From IMG/VR virus record IMGVR_UViG_3300017747_003292, positions 1 to 47,026 of that record: a stretch of 47,026 nt of DNA; one strand, written 5' to 3'. Every line of letters begins with the position of its first letter. Position 1 is the first letter of the stretch. The notes beneath the pieces are model-generated. The model had not been told where the DNA came from. It did no database searches and saw only the letters and a program-made list of their open reading frames with translations. The position numbers and the translations under genes were made by a program. The stretch comes from a virus (lineage: Duplodnaviria > Caudoviricetes). Shown in pieces: positions 9,611 to 19,860 of this stretch.

Positions 9611-10651
9611 TTAAGCAATACCATACACACCCATGCCATTCAACTGTGTGGCTTGGAGGCCACCAGTCCAAGTCATGGACTTCAGCATCACGAGATACTG
9701 GTAGGGACGTGCGGGAAGCAGAGTTTTATTATCCTCACCCTCCATCGGGCGAAGAGTAATACGACTCTTATCCAACACATAGCAACGCTTGGACATACCA
9801 AGATCATCCATCGTAGGATCATATTCGAAAGTGCCAATCCCACCAATGCTGATCTTCTGGAGACCAATGTCATTGTCCTTGTTCGAGAAACCACTCTGGG
9901 TGTAAATCCCCTTCGCCCGCACCTCAATCTGGAGAGCGGCCCAAAAGGCACTACCACAAAGCATCTTACTCGGTTTGCCACCACGTTTCTTCAACTGCAG
10001 AATCTCGTTGGTGAAGAAGTTCGTAATGGTTTGGTTCTCGGCACTAGGACTCAGGTCGAGTTTAACGCGAGACCTCCACCAAGTGTAGGTGGCCTGCGCG
10101 AGACTACCAACAGTTCCAGTAGTCGGGTCATCTTGAAGGATGGCCTGAAGACCGGGAACCTGATTGCTATCCTGTGACCCGTCCTGCCACAGCATCAGGT
10201 TCTTGGCGCGAGACCAACTCTCACCAAAATCCGCCATAGCACTCTTGAGGATAGGAGTCAGCCTCGTGGCAGCGTCACTATGATCCGAGGTTTTCGATTC
10301 CCCATCCACAACCGTAATCCCGTCCTGTTTCAACTGCGTGTGGGTGATAACAAACCCAGCATGCACTTCCTTCCACGCATACGTCGCACGAACACCAAGG
10401 GCCATTTGCGTAAAGGTCAGGGGACTGTCACCCGTATACCCAGCAAAGAAACCACTCGTATCGTTCATCACACTTCCTTGCACTGGCTCGGAAATGTATT
10501 GCTTCGCAGCTGGGAACGTTTTCTTACCGCTCTCCAAGAAACTCAGCAGGGGTTTATCCTGCGTCGTTTGAAGGAGCATTTCCTTACGCACATAGAAATC
10601 AAGTGCGTAATCTGTAACACTCTGCACCGTCAATGATCCAATCGTAGCCAT
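9611..10651 (-). CDS. Major capsid protein
   Basis: 346 aa after portal and scaffold, with ALDFY..QDKPLL, YAWKEVHAG, GLQAIL, GTVGSL..YTWWR and MTWTGGL motifs. Confidence 0.85.
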   Translation of the reverse strand: MATIGSLTVQSVTDYALDFYVRKEMLLQTTQDKPLLSFLESGKKTFPAAKQYISEPVQGSVMNDTSGFFAGYTGDSPLTFTQMALGVRATYAWKEVHAGFVITHTQLKQDGITVVDGESKTSDHSDAATRLTPILKSAMADFGESWSRAKNLMLWQDGSQDSNQVPGLQAILQDDPTTGTVGSLAQATYTWWRSRVKLDLSPSAENQTITNFFTNEILQLKKRGGKPSKMLCGSAFWAALQIEVRAKGIYTQSGFSNKDNDIGLQKISIGGIGTFEYDPTMDDLGMSKRCYVLDKSRITLRPMEGEDNKTLLPARPYQYLVMLKSMTWTGGLQATQLNGMGVYGIA

Positions 10652-10661
10652 ATTTTATTCC

Positions 10662-11690
10662 TTACAAAGTCGCAACACCCGCTTTATTAAATCCACGAGA
10701 AATTGCTTCTTCCATTGTTTTCGGTTCACCTTGAACCGAACTTGTTGACTGATTCGAGCGCACCACAGTTCCATTCTTTCTTGGTCCTGCAAATGCACTC
10801 ACTGTTCCCTTGATGGCGGTGTAGCACTTCTCAGCAAAAGCTGTCAAATCCTGTGGGGTTTTGATACCAGCCTTCTGCCATTCAGCACCAATTTTATGAA
10901 GAACAAGTTCAAATTTTCCATCAGGCGCGTCAGAGTTAGCCTTTGGCTTAAAATCTGGATCGTTGCTGATTTTAGAATGTGCCCAAGAGTCAAAGGATGT
11001 TTGAACCTCCTGCATGAACCTCTGTTGCTGTTGTTGTGCGACTTGTTCCCGAGTTTGCTGAGTCTGCTTCTCGGAAAACTTAGATTTGTTTTCCAATGCC
11101 GCATACCTCTTAGCCATCTCAAGACTAATCTCACCATTCTCAACCGCAGCCGTGAGTTCGGGTGAAAGAATATCTCCCTTAAAGGTTTGGAGTTCTTGAA
11201 CTTTAGGGTTCAACATCTCCATCGCCTTTGCAGGGTCATTCTTCACCAAAGCCGCAACGTTCATCCAGTAGGAGAAGTCTTCTGGTGCAATCCCATGCGT
11301 CTGACAAAATTCTTCAATCTTGTTATACGACGCAACTGCATCCTTCTGAGACTCCACCAATTGTTCTGCCGCTGCTTTGGCTTTGTTTACTTCCGCAAAC
11401 CGTTCATACGGGATAGGTCCCTTATCCTCAACCTTGACTTCTACTTGTTCTTCACCACCATCTTCTTTCTTTTCCTCTACCTTCTCCTCATCTGGCACCT
11501 TCTCCGCAGAAGATGCTTCAAGTCCAGCCTTAACAGCAGACTCAAAACTTTCCGGTTGTTCAGCAGGAGTTTCTCCCGTAGTCGAATCAGGAGTATTATT
11601 TACGACTGGTTCTGAGTTCACACTCTCAGACGTGGACGGAGAGGATGAACCTCCATCGGTGTTTACATCCGGATTACGCAGTATACGCAT
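10662..11690 (-). CDS. Capsid scaffolding protein
   Basis: Acidic disordered N-terminus, IPYERFAEVN motif and coiled coils, lying between portal and capsid. Confidence 0.75.
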   Translation of the reverse strand: MRILRNPDVNTDGGSSSPSTSESVNSEPVVNNTPDSTTGETPAEQPESFESAVKAGLEASSAEKVPDEEKVEEKKEDGGEEQVEVKVEDKGPIPYERFAEVNKAKAAAEQLVESQKDAVASYNKIEEFCQTHGIAPEDFSYWMNVAALVKNDPAKAMEMLNPKVQELQTFKGDILSPELTAAVENGEISLEMAKRYAALENKSKFSEKQTQQTREQVAQQQQQRFMQEVQTSFDSWAHSKISNDPDFKPKANSDAPDGKFELVLHKIGAEWQKAGIKTPQDLTAFAEKCYTAIKGTVSAFAGPRKNGTVVRSNQSTSSVQGEPKTMEEAISRGFNKAGVATL

Positions 11691-11701
11691 AAATTTTAGG
11701 C

Positions 11702-13792
11702 TCAGGCCGGGCGAGACATGTTGAGTTGTTGCGCCGTTTGCCCTGAGCCGTTGTCAGCACTGAATGATGGTGCTGGAGGTTGAGTCGAAGGCCCATTGGA
11801 ACCTTCTTGCATGGGTCCACCATCAGTGGATGACGAACCACCACCGGGAGATGAAGAGGCTTCTGGTGGGGTTAAAGGGAAAAATCCACTAGAATCGAGG
11901 TTGTCATCAAGGCGTTTGGCGGTTTCTTCAACCACACCAATAGGATTAGCACCAGCTTGTAAGAGAAGTGGTGCAAGGTCACGCCAATTAGCAATATCCA
12001 CAGCCTTGTTTGGACGGCCACTGGATGCTGCTTCGATCTTCAAAAACACTTCATTGAGGTAATCTGCTCTGCTCTGGTCGCTGTTAGGCCACACCGCTCC
12101 CACTCCTGCAATACGTTTTGCAGTCTCCTCACTCATCTCAAGCAAGAGCATCTCGCCACCTGCCTGTGCCAACCGCGAGAGAAATCCATCAAGGTCGTCA
12201 ATGTTCGACGCCGACACATTCATCCTGCTCTGCTCGGCAATAGTCCCAACCGTAGCTGTTACGTCCGCCTGTGCTGGTCCAAGGTTCGCCTGCTGCATCC
12301 CACCCCCAAGCATCATATCCTGCTCAAGAGTTTGGGTCTCATACATCGCCGGGTCAATCTGCATCATGGGCATTGCCATGATAACCCGGTCGAGTGGCAT
12401 ATCCGCAGGAACACTCTTCAAACCCACTGCACTATTCGGAGCGGCATTAGTTAGAGTTTCAAGGTCTTCTGGAGAGATAGTTCCAGCACGATAAATATAG
12501 CGGGGGGAGTTTGCACGTCTATGATCCCGCAAATCTTCCCGTGTTCTATTCCACTCCATCTGTGGACTCTTCACTGTTTGAACGTCACTCGGTGGAAAGA
12601 TACTTGTCTGTGAATCGGGATCAACCTCAAGCTCATTAAAAGTTAGTGCAAACACATGCCAAAATCCAGAAATAGCTGGGAACACCGGCTCAGGTTCCAA
12701 CACAAATTCTTTCCACCCATCACACACAAAACAACGAGTCTTGGTTGTGTAATCAAAAATCTCATATAACTTAACCAATCCGCCACTGAAAACATCTGTT
12801 TTAACATTAGACGGTTGGTTCTCAATTACATCATTAGACTGATTTGCTTCCTTTGCTCCACCCTCTGCACCAGTGCCAACCTTAATCTTAGTTCCAAAAA
12901 TTGCATTGACTTCTGCAACTGGCAAAACATACTCAATCGCTTTCCATCGTGCGCCAACAAAATCTACCAGCGACCTACAACGAATGTCTGGAATAATAGC
13001 AGTGGAGGGAAGAAAATCAAATTCTAAACGCTCTGGAAGTCGTGATGCTTCTTGCGGCACTCCAAGACTAGCAGCAAGGTTCTTTAATGTTCCAGTAGTC
13101 GCACTATCCTGCGCCACTGTCCCATCCTCGATCTTGTTTATAATTTCCTGCGCTCGTCCTGCCCGCTCATTCGCTCCACTCCTGGTATCAATGGAAGAGG
13201 GACTGTAGTTTGCACTATCTTCACGACAAAATATTGGTCGTCCGTAGGCCACTCCACAAATAATAGCCCGTCGAACACATTGTTTGAGTTGCTGCTTAAA
13301 CTCTGGCTTTTGGGAATCAATCGCGTGGCCATAGATTATTTGTAGGGTTTTACCAATCTTATCCACCATCTGCTTTCGCAAACGTCCATCCTCCACATCC
13401 TTGAAAAAAGACGCAAGCTCTGGTGGAAGTTCCATCCCTGCACTCAAAATCTGCTGCGCCTGTCCGATGGCCTCCATGAGACTCTCGGTTTCGCCATTCC
13501 ACAACTGGAAATCAAGCCTTGGTCGTCGTGTGGCAACGGCAGTAGGATTCTTGGCATACAACGATGCAACCTTTTGATTGACCATCCGCAAGGTGATGTT
13601 GTTGACATACTTCTCGGTGTCCATCTTGGTCTGCCCGGGCCACTGAATCCCAGATGCAAACTCCATGTTCCGTCGCATCCGCTTGAAGTCAGGCTCCCAC
13701 TTAGCCTTGGCCGCAGTGATCCGTGAAACCCACTGCTCAACCAATGCAGTAGTTTCAGCACTAACCTCAGGAGATGTAGTTTCTTCAATCAT
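11702..13792 (-). CDS. Portal protein
   Basis: 696 aa directly after terL, with LYAKNP and TATVGTIAEQ motifs and a disordered C-tail. Confidence 0.85.
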   Translation of the reverse strand: MIEETTSPEVSAETTALVEQWVSRITAAKAKWEPDFKRMRRNMEFASGIQWPGQTKMDTEKYVNNITLRMVNQKVASLYAKNPTAVATRRPRLDFQLWNGETESLMEAIGQAQQILSAGMELPPELASFFKDVEDGRLRKQMVDKIGKTLQIIYGHAIDSQKPEFKQQLKQCVRRAIICGVAYGRPIFCREDSANYSPSSIDTRSGANERAGRAQEIINKIEDGTVAQDSATTGTLKNLAASLGVPQEASRLPERLEFDFLPSTAIIPDIRCRSLVDFVGARWKAIEYVLPVAEVNAIFGTKIKVGTGAEGGAKEANQSNDVIENQPSNVKTDVFSGGLVKLYEIFDYTTKTRCFVCDGWKEFVLEPEPVFPAISGFWHVFALTFNELEVDPDSQTSIFPPSDVQTVKSPQMEWNRTREDLRDHRRANSPRYIYRAGTISPEDLETLTNAAPNSAVGLKSVPADMPLDRVIMAMPMMQIDPAMYETQTLEQDMMLGGGMQQANLGPAQADVTATVGTIAEQSRMNVSASNIDDLDGFLSRLAQAGGEMLLLEMSEETAKRIAGVGAVWPNSDQSRADYLNEVFLKIEAASSGRPNKAVDIANWRDLAPLLLQAGANPIGVVEETAKRLDDNLDSSGFFPLTPPEASSSPGGGSSSTDGGPMQEGSNGPSTQPPAPSFSADNGSGQTAQQLNMSRPA

Positions 13793-15327
13793 CGACCAGA
13801 ATATTTAACTTCCAAGCTCGTAGTGCGCTCTTTGTGTGATTTCTTCACCCATGCCAAAGTGATGGGTCGCATCACGTTCAAGTCCTCAGACACAGGTTTA
13901 GGCATCACCGTTGCCCGAGTCATATTATTGATACCCATACCTATGTGTGCAATAAAATCTACAAAGTCATCTGCTTTACCACCGGGAAACATCAAGAGTT
14001 CATGGACTGCTTGTGGCCACCAATGGGCGAAGCTGGGGAACTTGACCTTCATCATGGACATACGACCACGGATAGACTGTGCTCGGCTCTCTTTATCCCT
14101 AGTAGGAGTCACCTCGGTAATGAGATTGAACACCTGCTCACTCGCCATCTGCTCTTTGAGGAAAGGTCCCCACGCCTTGGAGATATGCCCCTTCTCACTC
14201 CAAAACTGCAACGGGTCCCTTCTCTTCAAAAAATCCACGAAGCCCGTAACAACCTCTTTCGGACCTGCCACCTTCCAGAAAATATCCGGGAGAATGTAAA
14301 GGGTTCCATCACTATCAAGGGCTGCACCACCAAAGCAACTCTTATTCGCATCCTTGGCTTCGCTGACGGCCCAATCACCTGCACCATAGATTTTGGGATT
14401 CTTAGCCATCAGAGTATTATACTCTGACATTGAGTATTCTTGAAGCCATGCCTTTTGGAAGAAGTTTCCTTCTTCTGGAGCTGGCCTTTGACCATATTGC
14501 CCTGCCTGCGTTCTCGCGGGTAACTGCCGAATATCAGCCGCCATCTCTTCGGTAAACCATTCCGGCCACAACCTATCCCCAGGGTTTCGCCCCAATACGT
14601 CACCTTGCTCCGCAAAGAATGGAAAACGAATCTGTTCCCACTTATCTGGTTCCTTTTCCAACAAACGACCAATGAGGTCATCTTCATGACGACGGTTGGC
14701 GACAATGATTTGAATTGCGTTGGGTTTTAGGCGTGGCCAGAAATCGTTTAGATACCAAGCCCATTGCTTGTCTCGGATGAGTTTGGACTCTGCGTCTTCT
14801 TGGGAACCGAGGTAATCGTCAATCACCCCTGCGTCCGCACGGCGTCCCGCAAGTCCTGCCCCAACACCAGAGCAGCGATATGACCCGCCGTTTGTAGTTG
14901 ACCACTCTTGGACAGCGCGTGAATCCTTTTCAAGTTCATATCCCAAGACTTTATGGAATCCTGCGACTCCGTTGCGACACTCTCTGGAGAAGGATTCAAT
15001 GAGGTCTGCACTATAGGAGCAGGCAAGGATTCGGCAGTTGGGGCGTCGCTGGATGAACCAGATTGGAAATATGACACTGGAATAAGAGGATTTCGCACTA
15101 CCCGGTGGCATCATCACAATCAGATTGCGACAAGGCTTACCGGTTGCAGAGTTAATTAGATTACCATCAGTTACTTCTTGAAGTTTCTGGAGGAGGTATT
15201 GGTGGTGGAGTGCAGGCATCCACCCTTTGTCCGCTCCAAAATGTTTTGCCCACTCAGTGAGATTACCACGTATCTCTCGCCTACGTGCCAGCTCTAGTGC
15301 GGCATTTGGGCGAGAGATAGTGGACAT
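13789..15327 (-). CDS. terL: Terminase large subunit
   Basis: Walker A-type MPPGSAKS, Walker B GVIDD, 'NRRHEDDLIG', and nuclease residues (GDWA; FPGGKADDFVD). Confidence 0.95.
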   Translation of the reverse strand: MSTISRPNAALELARRREIRGNLTEWAKHFGADKGWMPALHHQYLLQKLQEVTDGNLINSATGKPCRNLIVMMPPGSAKSSYSSVIFPIWFIQRRPNCRILACSYSADLIESFSRECRNGVAGFHKVLGYELEKDSRAVQEWSTTNGGSYRCSGVGAGLAGRRADAGVIDDYLGSQEDAESKLIRDKQWAWYLNDFWPRLKPNAIQIIVANRRHEDDLIGRLLEKEPDKWEQIRFPFFAEQGDVLGRNPGDRLWPEWFTEEMAADIRQLPARTQAGQYGQRPAPEEGNFFQKAWLQEYSMSEYNTLMAKNPKIYGAGDWAVSEAKDANKSCFGGAALDSDGTLYILPDIFWKVAGPKEVVTGFVDFLKRRDPLQFWSEKGHISKAWGPFLKEQMASEQVFNLITEVTPTRDKESRAQSIRGRMSMMKVKFPSFAHWWPQAVHELLMFPGGKADDFVDFIAHIGMGINNMTRATVMPKPVSEDLNVMRPITLAWVKKSHKERTTSLEVKYSGR

Positions 15328-15353
15328 TCCAGTATAGCAGGTCTCTTAAGCCC

Positions 15354-15695
15354 TTACTCTACCGGCACAGTGGGTTCATCGGGAGTTGGCGTAGTCACAG
15401 TGGCTTCATCCAAAGCCTTAACCTTAGACGCAAGCTGCCCAGTGATGTTCTCGATAGAGTTCAACAAGGCTTGGTCAGATGCACTAATCTCCCCACTAGA
15501 ATTCTGCAACTGTTCAATCTTTGCTTTGAGTGCAGTGACATCCGCCACCACCCCATCAACCGCAGAATCAATAGATGCAAACTGCTCCGTTACGCGTGCT
15601 GCAAAATCCGAGATAACTGACATAATGTGTTTCCTTTGAGTTAAGAGACGTAGTTCAAACCAACCAATTGAGAGAATAAGAAAGTAAACCCACAT
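15354..15695 (-). CDS. Coiled-coil protein with hydrophobic N-terminus
   Basis: The ATG overlaps the upstream stop (TGATG). An alternative start is MSVISDF. Heptad pattern present. Confidence 0.6.
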   Translation of the reverse strand: MWVYFLILSIGWFELRLLTQRKHIMSVISDFAARVTEQFASIDSAVDGVVADVTALKAKIEQLQNSSGEISASDQALLNSIENITGQLASKVKALDEATVTTPTPDEPTVPVE

Positions 15696-16381
15696 CAACT
15701 ATTTCCACTCGCGATAGTGGCTGCGAGTTCCTCGTCTGAGAGTTCGGCTGCATCCACATTCCCGTGCATTACGATTTGTGGGGCAGTGCCATAGAGACGA
15801 TCAAGGAGTTTGTGGGCGTCTTTGCACCGATCGGCAGGTTTTTGATCCTCAAGTTCCCCTCGAATGCTTTTCACCAACAGGAGTGCCGCGTCCTTCGCTG
15901 CGCCTTGAAGTTCTGCCATCACCGCCTTGCGGCCAGTCTTCTCCATCAACTGCGCGATGTAGGATTGTGCCCACTCCTGTTTTCTGACGTTCTGGATACA
16001 GGCAGTGGTGTAACCAGTCTGTTCTGCAATCTCGGTGGAGGTGAAACCCTGTGCCGCCAAGATACAAATGGCACGATGCTCTGGGCGTTCAACTTGAATA
16101 ACGTGTTGCGGCTTGCGCTTGTCTTGGTTCCAGAATTTAGGAGCTTCTTGTTGCTCTGGTATAGTGGCCGACTCCGTGGCTTCGGCAATCTGGCCTCCTA
16201 CGGCGGCCTGCGCATCCTTCGCTCGCTGCTCATACCTTGCCACCTCCTCATCACTCACCCCATCCATCAACGCCTTAAACGCTTCAACAGTCCCCTTAAC
16301 CGTGCTCTCGCCTACGGCTTGCGGCTGGATTGTATTCGCCTCCGGCTCACTCAGCATCTCGCTAATATCAAACGGTTCCAT
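15695..16381 (-). CDS. Putative terminase small subunit (HTH)
   Basis: HTH 'AAQGFTSTEIAEQTGYTTACIQNV', LLDRLYG and C-terminal ELSDEEL; first gene of the late arm. Likely ATG at 16381. Confidence 0.65.
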   Translation of the reverse strand: MEPFDISEMLSEPEANTIQPQAVGESTVKGTVEAFKALMDGVSDEEVARYEQRAKDAQAAVGGQIAEATESATIPEQQEAPKFWNQDKRKPQHVIQVERPEHRAICILAAQGFTSTEIAEQTGYTTACIQNVRKQEWAQSYIAQLMEKTGRKAVMAELQGAAKDAALLLVKSIRGELEDQKPADRCKDAHKLLDRLYGTAPQIVMHGNVDAAELSDEELAATIASGNS

Positions 16382-16385
16382 AGCC

Positions 16386-16402
16386 TGTTTCAATTTGAAA
16401 CA
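16386..16402. repeat. parS-like palindrome copy 3
   Basis: TGTTTCA-ATT-TGAAACA, just upstream of the terS ATG. Confidence 0.9.
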
Positions 16403-17020
16403 CAACCTGTGTTTCGTTAGTTACCTTGATGTGGACAACCCTCCGCTTCGCTCGGGACTACAATCTCCACCCGCACAAACTCATTCAGTGCATACTCCCG
16501 TAACTCTAATTCTAGCCCATCCTTCACGGCTTCGTGTTGTTCGCTTGCTTTCATGCCCCTAATCTACTCCTCACCTCCCAGTCCTCAACCGGAATCCTAG
16601 GATGGAGTTACGCTCCAGCACATTTCCCATCTAGTCTATATTATCACCAAGGTGTTGTTTGCCAAAACCTCACTTCTATTGACGTCTCTATTGTTTGGAC
16701 TTTGGAAGAGTTTTGAAAAATGATGCGGTTTGGTGAGAGGGGTCCCAAGATTAAGGGCTTGGAAAGTGAAAGGGGGGTGTGGGGGACTATCGTGGTGAGT
16801 CCATCCGATTGGGAGGGGGCAGAGCAAGAGGGAGGGCAAGCGAGGAAATTGGGCGCAGGCTTCGCAGGCTTGGCCTAGGCGAGAGATGATGGGCAGGATC
16901 ATATAAACAGGCGGGCGAGCCTTGCGGCTCGACCTAGGCGAAAGGATGGAGAAAGATTGCGAGGTGACACAATGGATGCTTGCATAGCATGGACCGGGCC
17001 AAGTGAGAATCTTTCCGGGG

Positions 17021-17036
17021 TGGCATTGGGATTGCT
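17021..17036 (+). promoter_or_regulatory. Sigma54-type -24/-12 element
   Basis: TGGCATTGGGATTGCT matches TGGCA-N6-TTGC (GG-N10-GC), in the divergent intergenic region. Confidence 0.45.
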
Positions 17037-17440
17037 GACCTCAAAAGCCGTGCCATGTTTTTATTGTCCGTGCATGGCATAGAAATATATTGTACCATTG
17101 GATGAAAAATAAAAAGAAAAGCCTTGCATGTTTTTCGGCTTATGTTATTTTCTTTGTAGCTGGACGCAATAACGCAGAAGGCTAAGAGAAAGAAAATATG
17201 AGAACGATGATTGTGGAATATCTGGCGAAGGGAACAATCGGAGACCTTTATAAAGTCTCCTTTGTTCAAGATGGCGAAGTTGTAGGCTATTGGCCGATTC
17301 ATGGCGAGGGGATTGGAGAACTTGCAACGGATTGGATTGTAAACGGCAGACGGCCAATGTGATTATCGCCACCTTCCCATAGGAGAAATTCTATGGGAAG
17401 TGGGCGGCAATCACGCTGCAACAACCATAGAGAGAACATT

Positions 17441-17710
17441 ATGACAAAAGAGACAATCAAGACGGAATACTTGGACGCGGTTGCAGTGAAGCTCAAAACA
17501 GAATGGCATAGCCAAGCGGCGCATAAGATGGCGGTGGGAGTGTGGATGCTGGACCAGCTTGATATTCAAGATGCCGCGCAGCGGGCAAAACTCCTAAAGG
17601 CTTGGCATGAAACGCCTAGTTCGTTTGGAACGAATTGCTCGGCATTAGGGCAGGCTTTGGGACGTGTTAGCGGGAAGGTGAAACTTGAAGAAACATTCTC
17701 TGGATTCTAA
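17441..17710 (+). CDS. Early hypothetical protein
   Basis: MTKETIKTEY..., preceded by AGAGAG and followed by a terminator. Confidence 0.7.
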   Translation: MTKETIKTEYLDAVAVKLKTEWHSQAAHKMAVGVWMLDQLDIQDAAQRAKLLKAWHETPSSFGTNCSALGQALGRVSGKVKLEETFSGF

Positions 17711-17739
17711 TAGATATTAGATAGATAGACAATAGAATT

Positions 17740-17769
17740 GCCCATCCTTTGATTAGGATGGGCTTTTTT
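17740..17769 (+). terminator. Rho-independent terminator
   Basis: GCCCATCCT-ttgatt-AGGATGGGC followed by TTTTTT. Confidence 0.85.
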
Positions 17770-17801
17770 CTTTCTCAATAGATTCCGTTGTTTCCATTCT
17801 T

Positions 17802-17922
17802 TAGCATCAGGAAACGACCGGCATATATGACAGGGAGTCCCCTATAAGGAGGGAAAAAAAAAAAAAATTACATAGAGGGGGGATAAGACACCAACCTATA
17901 TGGAGGGTGTTTCCTGATGCTA
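17802..17922. repeat. 14-bp inverted repeat enclosing a poly-A tract
   Basis: TAGCATCAGGAAAC (17802-17815) and GTTTCCTGATGCTA (17909-17922), with an A14 run between them. Confidence 0.8.
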
Positions 17923-18085
17923 GGGAAGATGTGGAATGGAAGGAAGGAAAGGACAAACAACAAGCAAGCAATCTTAGGATTGCCCTAGCCTAAAGCCAAG
18001 GGCAGGCTATGCTCTTGGCAAGCAAGCCATTGGCCCTTGGCCATAGGATGAATGCGAGAAAGCAACAACCTAACATAGGAAAATA

Positions 18086-18688
18086 ATGAATCCAGAAGTG
18101 GAAGTTAAGCCGAGGTATAGTATGAGTGAAGAGGCGTTTAGGAAGTATGAGGAGTATATTGGAATAGCAACGAAGGGAAGTTTTGAGGTTAATCCTTTGT
18201 CGTTGCCAAAACCTTTGAAGCAATCGACATTAGCGGTGAATTTAAGGGAGGCGATACGTGGGTTGAAGAAGTATGGATATAGGTCGAAGGTGGTGCCGAT
18301 TGGGTATGAGTTAGGGAGGATTAGGGTGTTGGAGTTGACTAATGGAAATGTGTGGTTGAGAAATGAGTATGCAGATCAAATGGGGAAGGTTGAGAAGAGG
18401 TTGGAGTTGAAGTCAATTGTGGTGGATGCGAATGGAGCGATTGTGAAACTTAATCAGAAGGTGGAAATACCAGAAGAACAAAGAAGATGGATGAGGGAGT
18501 TGGAGGTGATGGAGGTGCAGAAGTGGTGTGAGGAATTAAAAGCCAATCCGATGTGGAGGATTAACACTGCGTGGTTGATCAAAGCAACTGTGGAAGAGGA
18601 TGTGGAGTTCTTACGTGAGATTAGAAAGAGTTATGAGGGAGTGGATGTGGAGGAACTTGATCATGGGTGGTGGAGGCTGTATCAATAA
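18086..18688 (+). CDS. Hypothetical protein
   Basis: 200-aa ORF with AGGA upstream and protein-like composition. Confidence 0.7.
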   Translation: MNPEVEVKPRYSMSEEAFRKYEEYIGIATKGSFEVNPLSLPKPLKQSTLAVNLREAIRGLKKYGYRSKVVPIGYELGRIRVLELTNGNVWLRNEYADQMGKVEKRLELKSIVVDANGAIVKLNQKVEIPEEQRRWMRELEVMEVQKWCEELKANPMWRINTAWLIKATVEEDVEFLREIRKSYEGVDVEELDHGWWRLYQ

Positions 18689-18697
18689 ACCTTTTGC

Positions 18698-18714
18698 TGT
18701 TTCAAATTGAAACA
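18698..18714. repeat. parS-like palindrome copy 4
   Basis: TGTTTCA-AAT-TGAAACA. Confidence 0.9.
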
Positions 18715-18719
18715 AGACT

Positions 18720-18983
18720 ATGACACAACTACAATATAAAGAGTTGGCGCAAAGGATGGTGATGGAAGTTCGGGCATTGGATAGTGAAGTGTGCACCGGA
18801 GGATTTGAGAAGGGTTGGCCGAAACCAACAAATCAAATTGAGGCGGATAAGAAGTTGGAGAATCATACTAATACAAGGAAGAAGTACCATATATTTCTAA
18901 AGCAAATGAGTGCGAGCACTAGGGAGTTTGATGTGATGATGAAATTGGAGTATGAGAAGGAAGTGGAGGTGGATGGTGAATAG
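18720..18983 (+). CDS. Hypothetical protein
   Basis: 87-aa ORF whose ATG lies just after palindrome copy 4. Confidence 0.6.
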   Translation: MTQLQYKELAQRMVMEVRALDSEVCTGGFEKGWPKPTNQIEADKKLENHTNTRKKYHIFLKQMSASTREFDVMMKLEYEKEVEVDGE

Positions 18984-18997
18984 CAAGCCCTATGCCA
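18982..18997 (-). promoter_or_regulatory. Sigma54-type -24/-12 element
   Basis: The minus strand reads TGGCATAGGGCTTGCT. Confidence 0.4.
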
Positions 18998-19628
18998 AGG
19001 GCAGGGCGGGGAGCTAAATATAGGGGAAGGATGAAGAGATTAAAAGCGAGAAAGAGCTTGCAAGCCATCCTTCCCCTGTTAGGCTATGGCCATGAAGCAA
19101 GCCATTCCCTCCCTAGCCAAGCCCGCCAAGGGCATTGGAGCAAAGGATGGAAATGCCCGCTTCTCTTCCCTCCCTCCCGCCTATCGCATTGTCCTAATCC
19201 TCCCACGCACACAACCACTAAAGGGTGAACAACGGCTTGGCAAAGTCTACACCCCACACGCGCTGAATAACGGATTGAGTAAGGTGGCCGACCGATGCTT
19301 GGTGGTGGGAGTGCGGGAGGGGACAACAATAAAGAAAGAAACCAACATGCCCACCGACCTATTCAACGCAATCCTTTGCGTGATTTGTGCAATTTTGATA
19401 TACATAATGATATGAAAATCTCTAAAAAGAATAAAGAAACAATCGCACAAATTCCGGCGGAATTGATAATCAGGACCGAGAGTCTTAAAAAGGCACTACA
19501 AGATTATCCAAAAGACGGCGGAATACTTATTCAAGCTTATGAGGAGCTAGTAATGGAAACACCCGCGCGAGGAAGAGTTTTGTGTGGAGTTTCACTTTGT
19601 ATCACTGTAAGAAAAACATTAGAATGAT

Positions 19629-19859
19629 ATGAGACCTCCCACACCAGAAGACATCAAACATTGGGCACGCACTCCAATTGCTGTCCACTCTTCTCTTCAA
19701 ATTGATAAAGAGGGAGAACAAACGGTGCAGCATAGGTGGATGAGGCTTGTTACTGATAGTGGAGCGGTAGAGACACTTGAAGGTTCGCCAAGAGAATATT
19801 ATCTTGAGAGGGTGAAGAAAGGTGGTAGGACATTTAGGTTGATTGGGGTGAGTGAATAA
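19629..19859 (+). CDS. Hypothetical protein
   Basis: 76-aa ORF packed among small early ORFs. Confidence 0.5.
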   Translation: MRPPTPEDIKHWARTPIAVHSSLQIDKEGEQTVQHRWMRLVTDSGAVETLEGSPREYYLERVKKGGRTFRLIGVSE

Positions 19860-19860
19860 T

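Noticed and set aside
8394-10177. Long plus-strand ORFs (302 and 346 aa) and similar antisense ORFs elsewhere
   Set aside because: They are shadows of well-supported minus-strand genes, with unnatural composition and no motifs.
16771-16820. G-quadruplex in the intergenic G-runs
   Set aside because: It needs a long central loop, and G-runs are expected from the local G skew; no independent support.
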